From Candidatus Iainarchaeum sp. (lineage in GTDB: Archaea > Iainarchaeota > Iainarchaeia > Iainarchaeales > Iainarchaeaceae): a DNA stretch of 64,000 nt. The stretch covers positions 54,499-118,498 of the forward strand of contig NZBD01000015.1 in NCBI GenBank assembly GCA_002687735.1, written 5' to 3'. Position 1 is the first letter of the stretch; every line of letters starts with the position of its first letter. The position numbers and the translations under genes were made by a program. Shown here piece by piece: positions 38,409-46,850 of this stretch. The notes beneath the pieces were generated by a model. It searched no databases and was not told the DNA's origin. It saw only the letters and a list, made by a program, of their open reading frames with translations.

Positions 38409-38457
38409 TTCTTTTTAAAAAGACAATTATTATTAACTAATTCTTCGTTTTTTTTGC

Positions 38458-39597
38458 ATGCCTTTAGAATCAATTCTTTTATTTATTGTAGGGACTATTT
38501 TACTGATTAAATCTGCTGATTTTTTGGTGGATGCTGCCGCAAAAATAGCAAAACTTTTAGGAGTAAGCGATTTAGTAATCGGTCTTACAATTGTTTCTAT
38601 TGGAACTTCACTTCCTGAAATTGCTTCGGCTATTTTTGCTGCTTTTTCCGGAGAACCAAGCCTTGCTATTGGAACTGTAATAGGTTCCAACATTTCTAAC
38701 ATTGCACTTATTCTTGGAATAACAATTTTTATTGCAGGAACAATTAAGGTTGATAAGAAAGCTCTTGAAAAAGATCTTTTCATAATGCTCATGGTTTCTG
38801 TTTTATTCTTTTATTTTTCTTTAGATGGTTTAATTTCTTCATTGGAAGGAGCAATCCTAGTTGTTTTGTTTGTTCTTTATATGATGTTCCTGTTTGGTTT
38901 TATGAAACGCTTTGAAAAAATATTCTCATATGATCGTTTCTTGAAACAATTTTTTGGAACTGAGAAGTTTTCTGTTTTTAATCTTAAAACTTATTTCAAA
39001 ATAATGCAGGCCGGAATTGATCCTTCCACTTATAGAAGACTTCTTGGTTTTGATGGAAAGCAGTTCACGGAAAAAATCGGAACCAGGATTGATAAAGGAG
39101 AAAAAGCCGAGGCAAAAAAACTTTTCGGTAAAGAATTCTTTTCATCACTTATTAATCAATTGATTATTTTAGTTATAAGTGCTTTGGGAGTTGTTTATGG
39201 TGCTCAGATACTGATTGAGGGAGCAATAGGTTTAGCTTCTTTTTTTGATATTCCGAGTTCTGTAATAGGTTTGTTTTTAGTCGCTATTGGAACTTCACTT
39301 CCTGAATTAGGTGTGACAATTTCCTCAGCCAGAAAAGGCTACTTTGATATTTTAATAGGGAATATTATCGGTTCCAACATTGCAAATATACTCTTGGTTA
39401 TTGGCACCACTTCTGTTATTTCAGCTTTGAGTTTTTCTTTTGCAGAAATTTTTATGCCTATGTTTTTTATGCTTACAATTTCCTTAGTTCTTGGGTTTTC
39501 AATCCACAGGAATTATGACATCAATAAAGCAGAAGCTCTTCTGTTTATGGTCTTATATGCTGCTTTTGCATATATTACTTATATTAGCATTATGTAG
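38458..39597 (+). CDS. CaCA-family Na+/Ca2+ exchanger (YrbG-like)
   Basis: Two alpha-repeat motifs (GTSLPE..., GSNI.NI) separated by a cytoplasmic loop. Confidence 0.75.
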   Translation: MPLESILLFIVGTILLIKSADFLVDAAAKIAKLLGVSDLVIGLTIVSIGTSLPEIASAIFAAFSGEPSLAIGTVIGSNISNIALILGITIFIAGTIKVDKKALEKDLFIMLMVSVLFFYFSLDGLISSLEGAILVVLFVLYMMFLFGFMKRFEKIFSYDRFLKQFFGTEKFSVFNLKTYFKIMQAGIDPSTYRRLLGFDGKQFTEKIGTRIDKGEKAEAKKLFGKEFFSSLINQLIILVISALGVVYGAQILIEGAIGLASFFDIPSSVIGLFLVAIGTSLPELGVTISSARKGYFDILIGNIIGSNIANILLVIGTTSVISALSFSFAEIFMPMFFMLTISLVLGFSIHRNYDINKAEALLFMVLYAAFAYITYISIM

Positions 39598-39610
39598 TTC
39601 GCACCGGCAA

Positions 39611-39727
39611 TGCACGCCTCAGAAAAACCAAGGTTTTTCCGAGACCTTTTCCTTTTTTGAATCTTTAATTTATAACCCATTGTGAGCAATGGGTTGGACG
39701 TTAGCGTACCACACAGCCGCAACTGTG
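39611..39727 (-). mobile_element. hairpin-headed mini-element copy D (117 bp), flanked by 12-bp duplication TCGCACCGGCAA (39599-39610 / 39728-39739)
   Basis: Minus strand begins CACAGTTGCGGCTGTG directly after the duplication and carries further hairpins (AACCCATTG/CAATGGGTT; AAAAACC/GGTTTTT). It is inserted into a copy of the promoter box. Confidence 0.55.
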
Positions 39728-39768
39728 TCGCACCGGCAACACACCCCTTGAAAATGCTTTTTAAAGCA
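39728..39768 (+). promoter_or_regulatory. promoter of 498-aa gene: box GTCGCACCGGCAAC plus TATA (GCTTTTTAAAGCAG)
   Basis: Box-TATA-ATG arrangement as at radA and nurA. Confidence 0.5.
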
Positions 39769-39785
39769 GAATCAAAAGTTTTAGT

Positions 39786-41282
39786 ATGCTCCATAATACG
39801 CGATTATTCCTGAGCAGGGTTAACTATGTTCCTGAAAAAAGACAGATCACTGTAGAGTTCTCAAAGAAAAACCAGAAGGCTTCAAAAAAATATTCATTTT
39901 TTCCAAAAATGCATCTTTCACTGAAAAAAATTCCCAAAGAACATTTAATCGAGGCTTTAGGAGATTATGATATAAGAAAACTAAAAATGGATTTTAAGGA
40001 AAACACAGTTACTATTTTTGCAGCAACATTTTCAGACCTGAAAAAAGTTAATAATCTTCTGAATAATTTTTTTAATTTCCGTTCAAATTTAATAGAGCCA
40101 GAAAGACAGTTTTTGTTAGAAAAAAATTGGAGTTATTTTGATTCTTTCGATTTTTCAGATTCAGAGCCTGAACAAATTTACACAACTGAATTTCCTGATG
40201 CTTCAATGGATTTTCTTTCAGATTCTTTCAAAGAAACTATAGCGTCCTTATTGCTGAATAATAAATCTCTTGCCAAAGAAACAATTAACAAAATTGTTTT
40301 TTCCAAGTTGTTGAGAATTCCTTTAATAGGAAGAGAAGAAGATAAATCTCTGGAAGAAATTTTTATTGAAAACATTTTTTTCCTTAGTGGAAAACCAATT
40401 TCTATCGGAAAGTCTGGAAACAAATCTTATTTCAGATCAATTCATAAAAAATCAGTTATTGATTTTTCAAAAATGGTTTCAGTAATGGCTTCAAAGCCTT
40501 TTAATAATCTTGGTTTTGAAACCATTAATTGCAGTTGTTGTAAACCTTGGGATAAGGAAGCAAAAAACATTCTGCCTTCTTCTTTGGTTAAGGTTAATTT
40601 TCTGAGAGAAGCTTTTTACTTTGACTCTGTTTCAAGTAACTGGGCTGAAGCGTATCATTTTTCTAATGAGGAAATGCAGACGCGTGAAAAAAGAAAAAAA
40701 GAATATTTTTTGGATTTTTATCCTTCAGGCCCGTTTTCAAGAAACGCTTCTGCAAACATCATTTTGGCTGATGCATTAAAACTTGAACAGAAAGGTTTGG
40801 TTAGAATAGTTTCTCAGGAAAATCCTTCCTGGTTTTGTCTGAAAAATGAAAGTGCTTTTTCTTTGGAAGTTAATCGTTTGTATGAAGCTTTGCTTACTCT
40901 GGATTCGGTTGTTGAGAATGAGAGTAGTTCTGTTGTTGCTTCTGATGGTTTATTTTTCTCTCAATCCCTTGAATCTAGTCCTGGCTATCATTACAGAAAA
41001 ATTTTGAATAAAACAATCTCAAGACTTTTGGCTTCCTTCCCTAGATTACTTACAAATTCCTCTGGAAGGTTTTTCGATAAGAATTTTGCAATTGCTTTGG
41101 AAGCTATTAATAGTCTTATTTTGAAGGATTTTGAGGAAATTGCCCAGAATTCTAAAACAAGGGTTACTTTTAAGGATTCTAGTGCTTTGGTTGATTCTTC
41201 TTCTTTTATGTCAGCTTCTAAAGAGTTCAGAGAGCTTTATAGAGTTGATAAACGCTTGTTGAGCTTCTCTAAGAGCTTTTGA
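39786..41282 (+). CDS. hypothetical 498-aa protein (shares the promoter box with radA and nurA)
   Basis: No recognisable catalytic motif; CSCC cluster; no Mre11 phosphoesterase motifs. Confidence 0.4.
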   Translation: MLHNTRLFLSRVNYVPEKRQITVEFSKKNQKASKKYSFFPKMHLSLKKIPKEHLIEALGDYDIRKLKMDFKENTVTIFAATFSDLKKVNNLLNNFFNFRSNLIEPERQFLLEKNWSYFDSFDFSDSEPEQIYTTEFPDASMDFLSDSFKETIASLLLNNKSLAKETINKIVFSKLLRIPLIGREEDKSLEEIFIENIFFLSGKPISIGKSGNKSYFRSIHKKSVIDFSKMVSVMASKPFNNLGFETINCSCCKPWDKEAKNILPSSLVKVNFLREAFYFDSVSSNWAEAYHFSNEEMQTREKRKKEYFLDFYPSGPFSRNASANIILADALKLEQKGLVRIVSQENPSWFCLKNESAFSLEVNRLYEALLTLDSVVENESSSVVASDGLFFSQSLESSPGYHYRKILNKTISRLLASFPRLLTNSSGRFFDKNFAIALEAINSLILKDFEEIAQNSKTRVTFKDSSALVDSSSFMSASKEFRELYRVDKRLLSFSKSF

Positions 41283-41345
41283 ATCAGGTTTTTAATCCTT
41301 TGCGTGGAGAAAATAGTAGTAAATCCTGATTTTAAGTGATTTTAT

Positions 41346-41552
41346 ATGAGTGATTTGACAAGATTTGAGGTAACTCGTCTTATAAGTGCTAGGGCATTAC
41401 AGCTTTCGCTAGGTGCTCCCGGAATGATCAAGGCGTCAAAAGAAGCCAGCATGATTGATATTGCTAAGGAAGAATTTGATAAGAAAGTTATTCCTATTTC
41501 AGTTTTAAGAGAATTTCCTGATGGAAGTATTGAAAAAATTGAGGCGAATTAG
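41346..41552 (+). CDS. rpoK: DNA-directed RNA polymerase subunit K (Rpb6 homolog)
   Basis: TRFEVTRLISARALQLSLGAP motif. Confidence 0.8.
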   Translation: MSDLTRFEVTRLISARALQLSLGAPGMIKASKEASMIDIAKEEFDKKVIPISVLREFPDGSIEKIEAN

Positions 41553-41553
41553 A

Positions 41554-41745
41554 TTGGGTAAAGCAGTTCCTCAGAACATTAAAAGTAAGGCAAATATACT
41601 TTTACAAACTTATCCTAACGATATGCCAAGTGATTTTGATTCTATTAAAAAATTTGTTGATTCTTTTGAAATGCCAATGAGTAAATCACAGAGAAATCTT
41701 GTTGCTGGTTTTTTAACCAGAAAAAAGTCTCAATCAAAAACCTAG
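41554..41745 (+). CDS. rps17e: 30S ribosomal protein S17e (TTG start)
   Basis: NIKSKANILLQTYPNDMPSDFD...SKSQRNLVAGFLTR fits the S17e pattern; ATG 41521 would overlap rpoK. Confidence 0.6.
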   Translation: MGKAVPQNIKSKANILLQTYPNDMPSDFDSIKKFVDSFEMPMSKSQRNLVAGFLTRKKSQSKT

Positions 41746-43785
41746 TGCTTTTGTAGGTGCATCTTTTTCTTTTTCTCTTTCTAAAGAGTATAATTTTCCT
41801 GATGCTGCATTTTCCATTTCCTTGTCATGAGTGATAATAAAAATTTGTTCAATCAGTTCCGGCAAATGATTCCTCATTGTATCGCTTAATTCTTTAACTG
41901 CATTTATATCTAAATTATGTGTTGGTTCATCCAGAATAATCCACCCAAGATTTTGAGTTAATACAAGTGAGATTGCAATTCTTAGTGTTATTGCTGCGGA
42001 ACTTCTTTCTCCTCCTGAAAGTATTCCCTCTACTCTTGCCCATTGTTCATTTCTTTGTTTAACCATAACCTCATAGCTTCCGTCTTCCACAATTATTTTT
42101 ACATTCAAAAAATCTTTGTAAGGATAAATTCTCGGCCAAATTTCTTCCATTGCCTGATTAACTGTTTCTACCATCATGTTTCTTAGTTCTCCCTGCGTGG
42201 ATTTTAATGCGGAAGTAAAGATTGCCAGTTTTTCCGTTGTTCTTTCGTTTTCTTTAATCTGAATTCCAAGTGCCTTAATCTGATGTTCTGTTTCCTTTAT
42301 TCTTTTCACACTTTCAGTAAGTTCTTTCAATAATTCTTTTCCGCTTGAAATCTCCGTTCTTAATTCAGCATTCTTTTCTTTTAACCCTAAAAACTCTTTT
42401 TCGTGCTTCTCGTGTTCTTTTTCATCAAATCCTGTCTTTTTCATCATTTCCCTTACTTTTTCCATTTCTTTCTCAAGGTCGTTTTTTTGTTTTTCCTTTT
42501 CACTTAATTCTGAAGCTATCTCTTTTAACCTTTCAAGTTCATTAATTTCCTTTTCAATAACCTCGTTTTTTTCTCCTATTTTTCCAACTTCTTCATCTCG
42601 TTTCTCTAAATCTTTTGTTTCTTTTTCTAAATGTAAACTGAGTTCTTTTGTTTTCTCGTGAATTTTTTCTTCTTCCTCTTTAAGCTCTTCCTCAAGCTTT
42701 TTCTTATCATGTTCACTTAAGGGCCTTTTGCAAATTGGACAATCAGAATCAAGTTTTTGTGCATCAGAAACACTTTTTGAATTGGAATTAAGCAAGTTAT
42801 TTTGAACAGCTATTTCTTCTTTAATTTTAGAAACCTTTCCTTCAATTATCCCGATTTCCTTTTCTATTTTTTCAGTTTCTTTCTCACCCCTATCCAGAAT
42901 TTTCTTATTTTCCTTTATTTTCCCTTCAAGTTCTTCAGGTTTTGTTCCTTTCAATTTTTCTCTGTTCGTTTTCAGCTGCTCCGTTAGAGCTTCTGTTTTT
43001 GCTTTGCTTTGAATCTCAAGTTCTTTCAGGAATTTGTTTTCCTTTTCTTTTTCCTCCAGTTGCTTAAGTATTTTTTCTTTTTCATTGATGTGTTTTTCCA
43101 GTTCAGAATTTTCCTTTTCCTTATCATTCAAGGTTTTTTCCTTTTCACTAATCCGTTTTTCATAATTTTCAAGTTCATTCGGATCGCTTTTGTTTTTTTG
43201 TTCATGTAAAAACTTTTTCCTATCATCAATCGTGCGTTTGAGTCTGTTTGTAAGTGTAACAGAATTAGTTCTTACTTTTTCATATTTATCTAATCCTAAT
43301 AATTCATCAAATTTTTCTTTTCTTTGTGCAGGACTCAATTTCAAAAAAAAGTCAATCTGATTCTGTTCCGAATAAATTGCTCTGCTGAATAGTTCGTAAG
43401 AAACTTCTAGTATTTCCTCGATTTTTTTTGTTGTTTCAGTTGTTTTTGGCCCTGCTATTATTTTTCCGGCTTCTCTTAAAGTTCCTTCATTAATTCCCTT
43501 TCTTTTTACAATTCTCTCAACTGAATATTCTTTATCATTATAATCAAACCCAAGTGTTATTTTTGCTGTTTCCTGTTTGTTTGGTTTTGCCATTATGGTT
43601 TCTTCAAGATTAACCTTGCGCGTAGCTAATGTAGGAAACGTGCCATAAAGCGCAAAAGAAATAGCATCCATTATAGAGCTCTTTCCGGAACCCATTTTTC
43701 CCACAATTACATTAGTGCCTTTGGAAAAATCAAGTTCTGTATTATAATGGGTTTTCCAATTTTCCAGTTTAATGGTTTTTATCAT
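41734..43785 (-). CDS. rad50: DNA double-strand-break repair ATPase Rad50
   Basis: Walker A GKMGSGKSS, coiled-coil arm with zinc hook CPICKRP, signature SGGERS, D-loop LDEPT. Confidence 0.85.
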   Translation of the reverse strand: MIKTIKLENWKTHYNTELDFSKGTNVIVGKMGSGKSSIMDAISFALYGTFPTLATRKVNLEETIMAKPNKQETAKITLGFDYNDKEYSVERIVKRKGINEGTLREAGKIIAGPKTTETTKKIEEILEVSYELFSRAIYSEQNQIDFFLKLSPAQRKEKFDELLGLDKYEKVRTNSVTLTNRLKRTIDDRKKFLHEQKNKSDPNELENYEKRISEKEKTLNDKEKENSELEKHINEKEKILKQLEEKEKENKFLKELEIQSKAKTEALTEQLKTNREKLKGTKPEELEGKIKENKKILDRGEKETEKIEKEIGIIEGKVSKIKEEIAVQNNLLNSNSKSVSDAQKLDSDCPICKRPLSEHDKKKLEEELKEEEEKIHEKTKELSLHLEKETKDLEKRDEEVGKIGEKNEVIEKEINELERLKEIASELSEKEKQKNDLEKEMEKVREMMKKTGFDEKEHEKHEKEFLGLKEKNAELRTEISSGKELLKELTESVKRIKETEHQIKALGIQIKENERTTEKLAIFTSALKSTQGELRNMMVETVNQAMEEIWPRIYPYKDFLNVKIIVEDGSYEVMVKQRNEQWARVEGILSGGERSSAAITLRIAISLVLTQNLGWIILDEPTHNLDINAVKELSDTMRNHLPELIEQIFIITHDKEMENAASGKLYSLEREKEKDAPTKALGF

Positions 43786-43821
43786 TAAAATAATTAGAGT
43801 CTAAAAACAGTTTTAAGACTA

Positions 43822-44085
43822 TTATAAAAGAGTCATTCCGATTTGTTCTACTTCTTCAATGGTAGCCATTTCTTCTAGTTCTTTAGTGGCTTTTTCCATT
43901 GCATTTTCTTCTTTCTCGTTCACAATTACGCCTACTTTAAGAATAACAATTCCAAACCCAATTGGATCATCTTTTATGTCTTTAACTTCTCCAGATTTAA
44001 GGGTCTGAATTTCTTTTTTTGTTTCCTCTAATTTTTCCATGTCCTTAGGAGTAACTTTGTATATGATAAAACTCTTGTCAGGCAT
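43822..44085 (-). CDS. ef1b: translation elongation factor aEF-1 beta
   Basis: 88 aa with GFGIVILKV core, acidic. Confidence 0.7.
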   Translation of the reverse strand: MPDKSFIIYKVTPKDMEKLEETKKEIQTLKSGEVKDIKDDPIGFGIVILKVGVIVNEKEENAMEKATKELEEMATIEEVEQIGMTLL

Positions 44086-44094
44086 TAGTATCAC

Positions 44095-44247
44095 TTATGG
44101 TCCGGTGAATTCGCATTCAGGACATTTATAATCAAGGCTTCTTGTACGGGCTTCCATGCTTCTGGTTAGTCTTTCCCCGCAATTTGGACACTTGAATTCA
44201 ACAAAATCGTCAGTAACGAGCTTGTTTGTTGTTACGCATGTTTTCAT
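44095..44247 (-). CDS. Zn-ribbon RNA-binding protein (COG2888-like), 50 aa
   Basis: CPNCG...CPEC; conserved partner of aEF-1beta; absent from the ORF track (<60 aa). Confidence 0.6.
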   Translation of the reverse strand: MKTCVTTNKLVTDDFVEFKCPNCGERLTRSMEARTRSLDYKCPECEFTGP

Positions 44248-44294
44248 ACTACTATTCTCTAATTAGTTAGCTTTAAAAAGGTTGATTTAGGGTT

Positions 44295-44330
44295 TTCGCA
44301 TCGGCAATGATGTCTCGAAAGTATTTAAAG
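44295..44330 (+). promoter_or_regulatory. promoter of DUF5678-like/protease pair: box TTCGCATCGGCAAT (variant) plus TATA (TATTTAAAG)
   Basis: Same box-spacer-TATA geometry; two mismatches to the core. Confidence 0.4.
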
Positions 44331-44369
44331 CAAATATATTTATACATTCATAGAGGTATAATTGTGAGT

Positions 44370-44579
44370 ATGACGATTAATGATTCTTTCAAAACATACG
44401 AATTCTATGCAAATGCTGATTTATCTAAATATGCGGGTCAATGGGTCGCAATAGTGGATAATAAGGTTGTGGCACATGGAAAGAATGTCAAGAAAATATT
44501 GAAAGAAGCAGAGAAAGAAGCCCCTAAAGCCATTCCGTTTATAGCAAAAGTGCCTCTTAGAGATATTCTTCTCTGGTAA
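44370..44579 (+). CDS. DUF5678-like small protein (tentative family assignment)
   Basis: YAGQWVAIVDNKVVAHG pattern (from memory, unchecked); start reassigned downstream of the TATA element, so the track's 44307 start is a spurious extension. Confidence 0.5.
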   Translation: MTINDSFKTYEFYANADLSKYAGQWVAIVDNKVVAHGKNVKKILKEAEKEAPKAIPFIAKVPLRDILLW

Positions 44580-44995
44580 TGTGCATGTCTTTTAACTTTA
44601 AATATAGAAAAGAAAAATTTGAAGGAAAAACCAGATATTTTCCAAAAGTTGTTATAAGTCTTTACAATAAAGGCATCAAATTCGATTACCCTGCATTAAT
44701 TGATTCTGGAGCAACAGATATTTTTATTCCAAAACAGATTGCTGAAGCTCTTGATCTTGATTTTAAGGAAGAAGATATTGCCAGCAGTTGGAATGGTGAT
44801 TTTAAGGTTTGGAGTTCTAATATAGGAGTTATTTTGGGAAAAGGAAGTCAGACTTTTAGAAGAGTTTTACCGTGCCTTATTCCAGATAGTGAAAATCCCA
44901 ATCAGGAAGTAATTTTAGGAAGAGTATTATTCAAATTCTTTGAGGTTACATTCAACGAACAAAAAAGAATCACAAAGCTTAAAAAAATACAGTAA
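44579..44995 (+). CDS. retropepsin-like (clan AA) aspartic protease
   Basis: ALIDSGAT active-site motif; TAATG overlap with the upstream gene. Confidence 0.55.
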   Translation: MCMSFNFKYRKEKFEGKTRYFPKVVISLYNKGIKFDYPALIDSGATDIFIPKQIAEALDLDFKEEDIASSWNGDFKVWSSNIGVILGKGSQTFRRVLPCLIPDSENPNQEVILGRVLFKFFEVTFNEQKRITKLKKIQ

Positions 44996-45078
44996 ATCAA
45001 TTTTTTCAAAAATATTACTTTTAAGCAGAGGAAACAAATATTAAATAACGAACTAGACCTTAATATGTTCTATTCAAA

Positions 45079-45151
45079 GGGCCTGTAGCGTAATGGATAA
45101 CGCAGTTGCCTTCGGAGCAAAAGATTGGGGGTTCGAGTCCCTCCAGGCCCT
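45079..45151 (+). tRNA. tRNA-Arg (anticodon UCG)
   Basis: 73 nt, acceptor GGGCCTG/CAGGCCC, D-arm GCGTAATGGATAACGC, anticodon loop CUUCGGA (G37), T-arm GGGGGTTCGAGTCCCTC. Confidence 0.8.
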
Positions 45152-45413
45152 TAACCTTTTTCTTTTAGTTTTTTCCTTTCCTTCATTGTTTCTTCAAAAT
45201 TCACTGGTGGTTGTGGTGGACGATCCGGCCAATCTTTTCTAGCAGGTTCAACAAAATTTCTCTGTAAAAAATCGGATGTCTTTTTCAAAATTTTATCTCC
45301 TTTTTTTGTTCTTGTTCAGTCTAATCTTCTTTGATCAATTAATTCCCTTAGATTGTGAACTTTATTTCTAATTCCAAAGCCTCTTTCAAGAAACTTAAAT
45401 CTTGGAAATCTCA

Positions 45414-46802
45414 TCAGTATTCCTCGAATTCTTCTTTTCCTTTCAGATAGGTTGAGAACCATGCTTTGAATTCCTTGTTTTTCCTATATTTTTCAAGCAC
45501 TTCTTTATCACTCAAAACTTTTGCTTTTTTATTAAGTGCTTTTCTGATCCCTGCTTTTTCACTCTTCTTAAGTTTCTTCAAAATTTCTTTCAAATACTCC
45601 GTTGCTTGATCATGTTCTCTTTCTATTTCCACAACCCATCTTCCTTTCTCAATTCTCGGGCCACTAAGTGCTTTCTTATGCGTTTTCAGGAACTGTTCTG
45701 AATGCTCTTCACTAGTAACCCAAGGCCCTGTTCTTTTCTGGGCTTTTTCCAATTTATTCGCTTCCAGATCAAAAACAAGAATAATTTCCTTTTCCTCATC
45801 ACTCCAAGCAGCGTTCCTTAAAAGCTCAAAATCTTTTTCCCCCAAAGCAGAAACAATTTTTTTCCCTAATCTTCTTATCTGCCCCCATAAAATATCTGAA
45901 AGTTCCTTTGCAGGATAACCTATCTGAACAATAATAAGCCCTTCTTTCTCAACAAGTTTTTTTGCTTTTCCCGAATCGAGAGTTTTTGTTTTTGCTCCGA
46001 AGAAAAATTTTGAAGAAGGTTTTTTCAAAAAAGCCCTTGTTGCAGCAACTATTCTTGCGTATTGATTAACACTTAATGCCGCTGCAACGTTCCTTTTAGA
46101 ATCAACAGGATCAACTATAATCAAAGAAGAATCAAATTTCTTCAAAGCTTCTTTTTTGTTAAGTTGTTTTTCAATATCTATTATTTCATGTTCCTGCCAT
46201 TTGGTCATTGCTTGTATTGTTTTCTTAAAAGAACCATAATTAACAATCAATAATTCAGTTACATATCCCGGAACCGAACTCACTTTCAAATCAGCACCAT
46301 AAGCTTTTATTCCTTTCAAAAACTGTTTAAGCAACCTAACCTCATTGCATAATTCAGGAGTTAATTTTTTTTGCAAATATTTATTATGAAAGCTTGTTCT
46401 ATCAACTGCACTCCGTAATTTTTGTGTGTCTTCTATTGAATATGCAGGAACTATTTCCACATCAAATCCTTTAATCACACCGCGGATATAAGGGTGTTCG
46501 GAATAAGCTTTTTCCCATTTGTGACCACGGAACACATTTTTACCAATTCTAAGCCCTTCTTTTTCAAATTCTTCTCTTGAAATTTTTTCAGGAAAAAACA
46601 CAAAAATATCAAGATCGTTATCTCCGCGTAAATGCGTGTTTCTTGCATTACTTCCCACTAATTCTACGCCAATATGTTTTCCTTTGATTTTTGTTATTTT
46701 TTTTATTATTTCAGTTGCCAGTGCCTCTTGTTTAATCCTCTCAGTTTTTGAGGGAGTAATTCTTTTGATTACAGTGTTTAATATCTTGTTCATCCTAACC
46801 AC
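45414..46802 (-). CDS. cca: CCA-adding tRNA nucleotidyltransferase (archaeal class I)
   Basis: Pol-beta NTase motif GSNARNTHL...DNDLDIFVFF and archaeal CCA body. Confidence 0.8.
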   Translation of the reverse strand: MVRMNKILNTVIKRITPSKTERIKQEALATEIIKKITKIKGKHIGVELVGSNARNTHLRGDNDLDIFVFFPEKISREEFEKEGLRIGKNVFRGHKWEKAYSEHPYIRGVIKGFDVEIVPAYSIEDTQKLRSAVDRTSFHNKYLQKKLTPELCNEVRLLKQFLKGIKAYGADLKVSSVPGYVTELLIVNYGSFKKTIQAMTKWQEHEIIDIEKQLNKKEALKKFDSSLIIVDPVDSKRNVAAALSVNQYARIVAATRAFLKKPSSKFFFGAKTKTLDSGKAKKLVEKEGLIIVQIGYPAKELSDILWGQIRRLGKKIVSALGEKDFELLRNAAWSDEEKEIILVFDLEANKLEKAQKRTGPWVTSEEHSEQFLKTHKKALSGPRIEKGRWVVEIEREHDQATEYLKEILKKLKKSEKAGIRKALNKKAKVLSDKEVLEKYRKNKEFKAWFSTYLKGKEEFEEY

Positions 46803-46850
46803 GGTTACGTTTTATATAGTATAAATCTGTACTATAAATAGCTATTCTAA

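Noticed and set aside
38433-38792. Antisense ORFs overlapping known genes on the opposite strand (e.g. 38433-38792, 39579-39794, 14032-14508, 15615-16241, 42345-43209)
   Set aside because: They are low-complexity translations of the reverse strand of well-supported genes or of AT-rich spacers. They have no motifs and no independent start signals.
39786-41282. 498-aa protein as the missing Mre11
   Set aside because: None of the Mre11 phosphoesterase motifs (DxH, GDxxD, GNHD/E, GHEH) are present.
44307-44369. Track start MMSRKYLKQIY... for the DUF5678-like ORF
   Set aside because: This N-terminal extension overlaps the GC-rich box and the TATA element. The ATG at 44370 downstream of the TATA gives the conserved-length protein.
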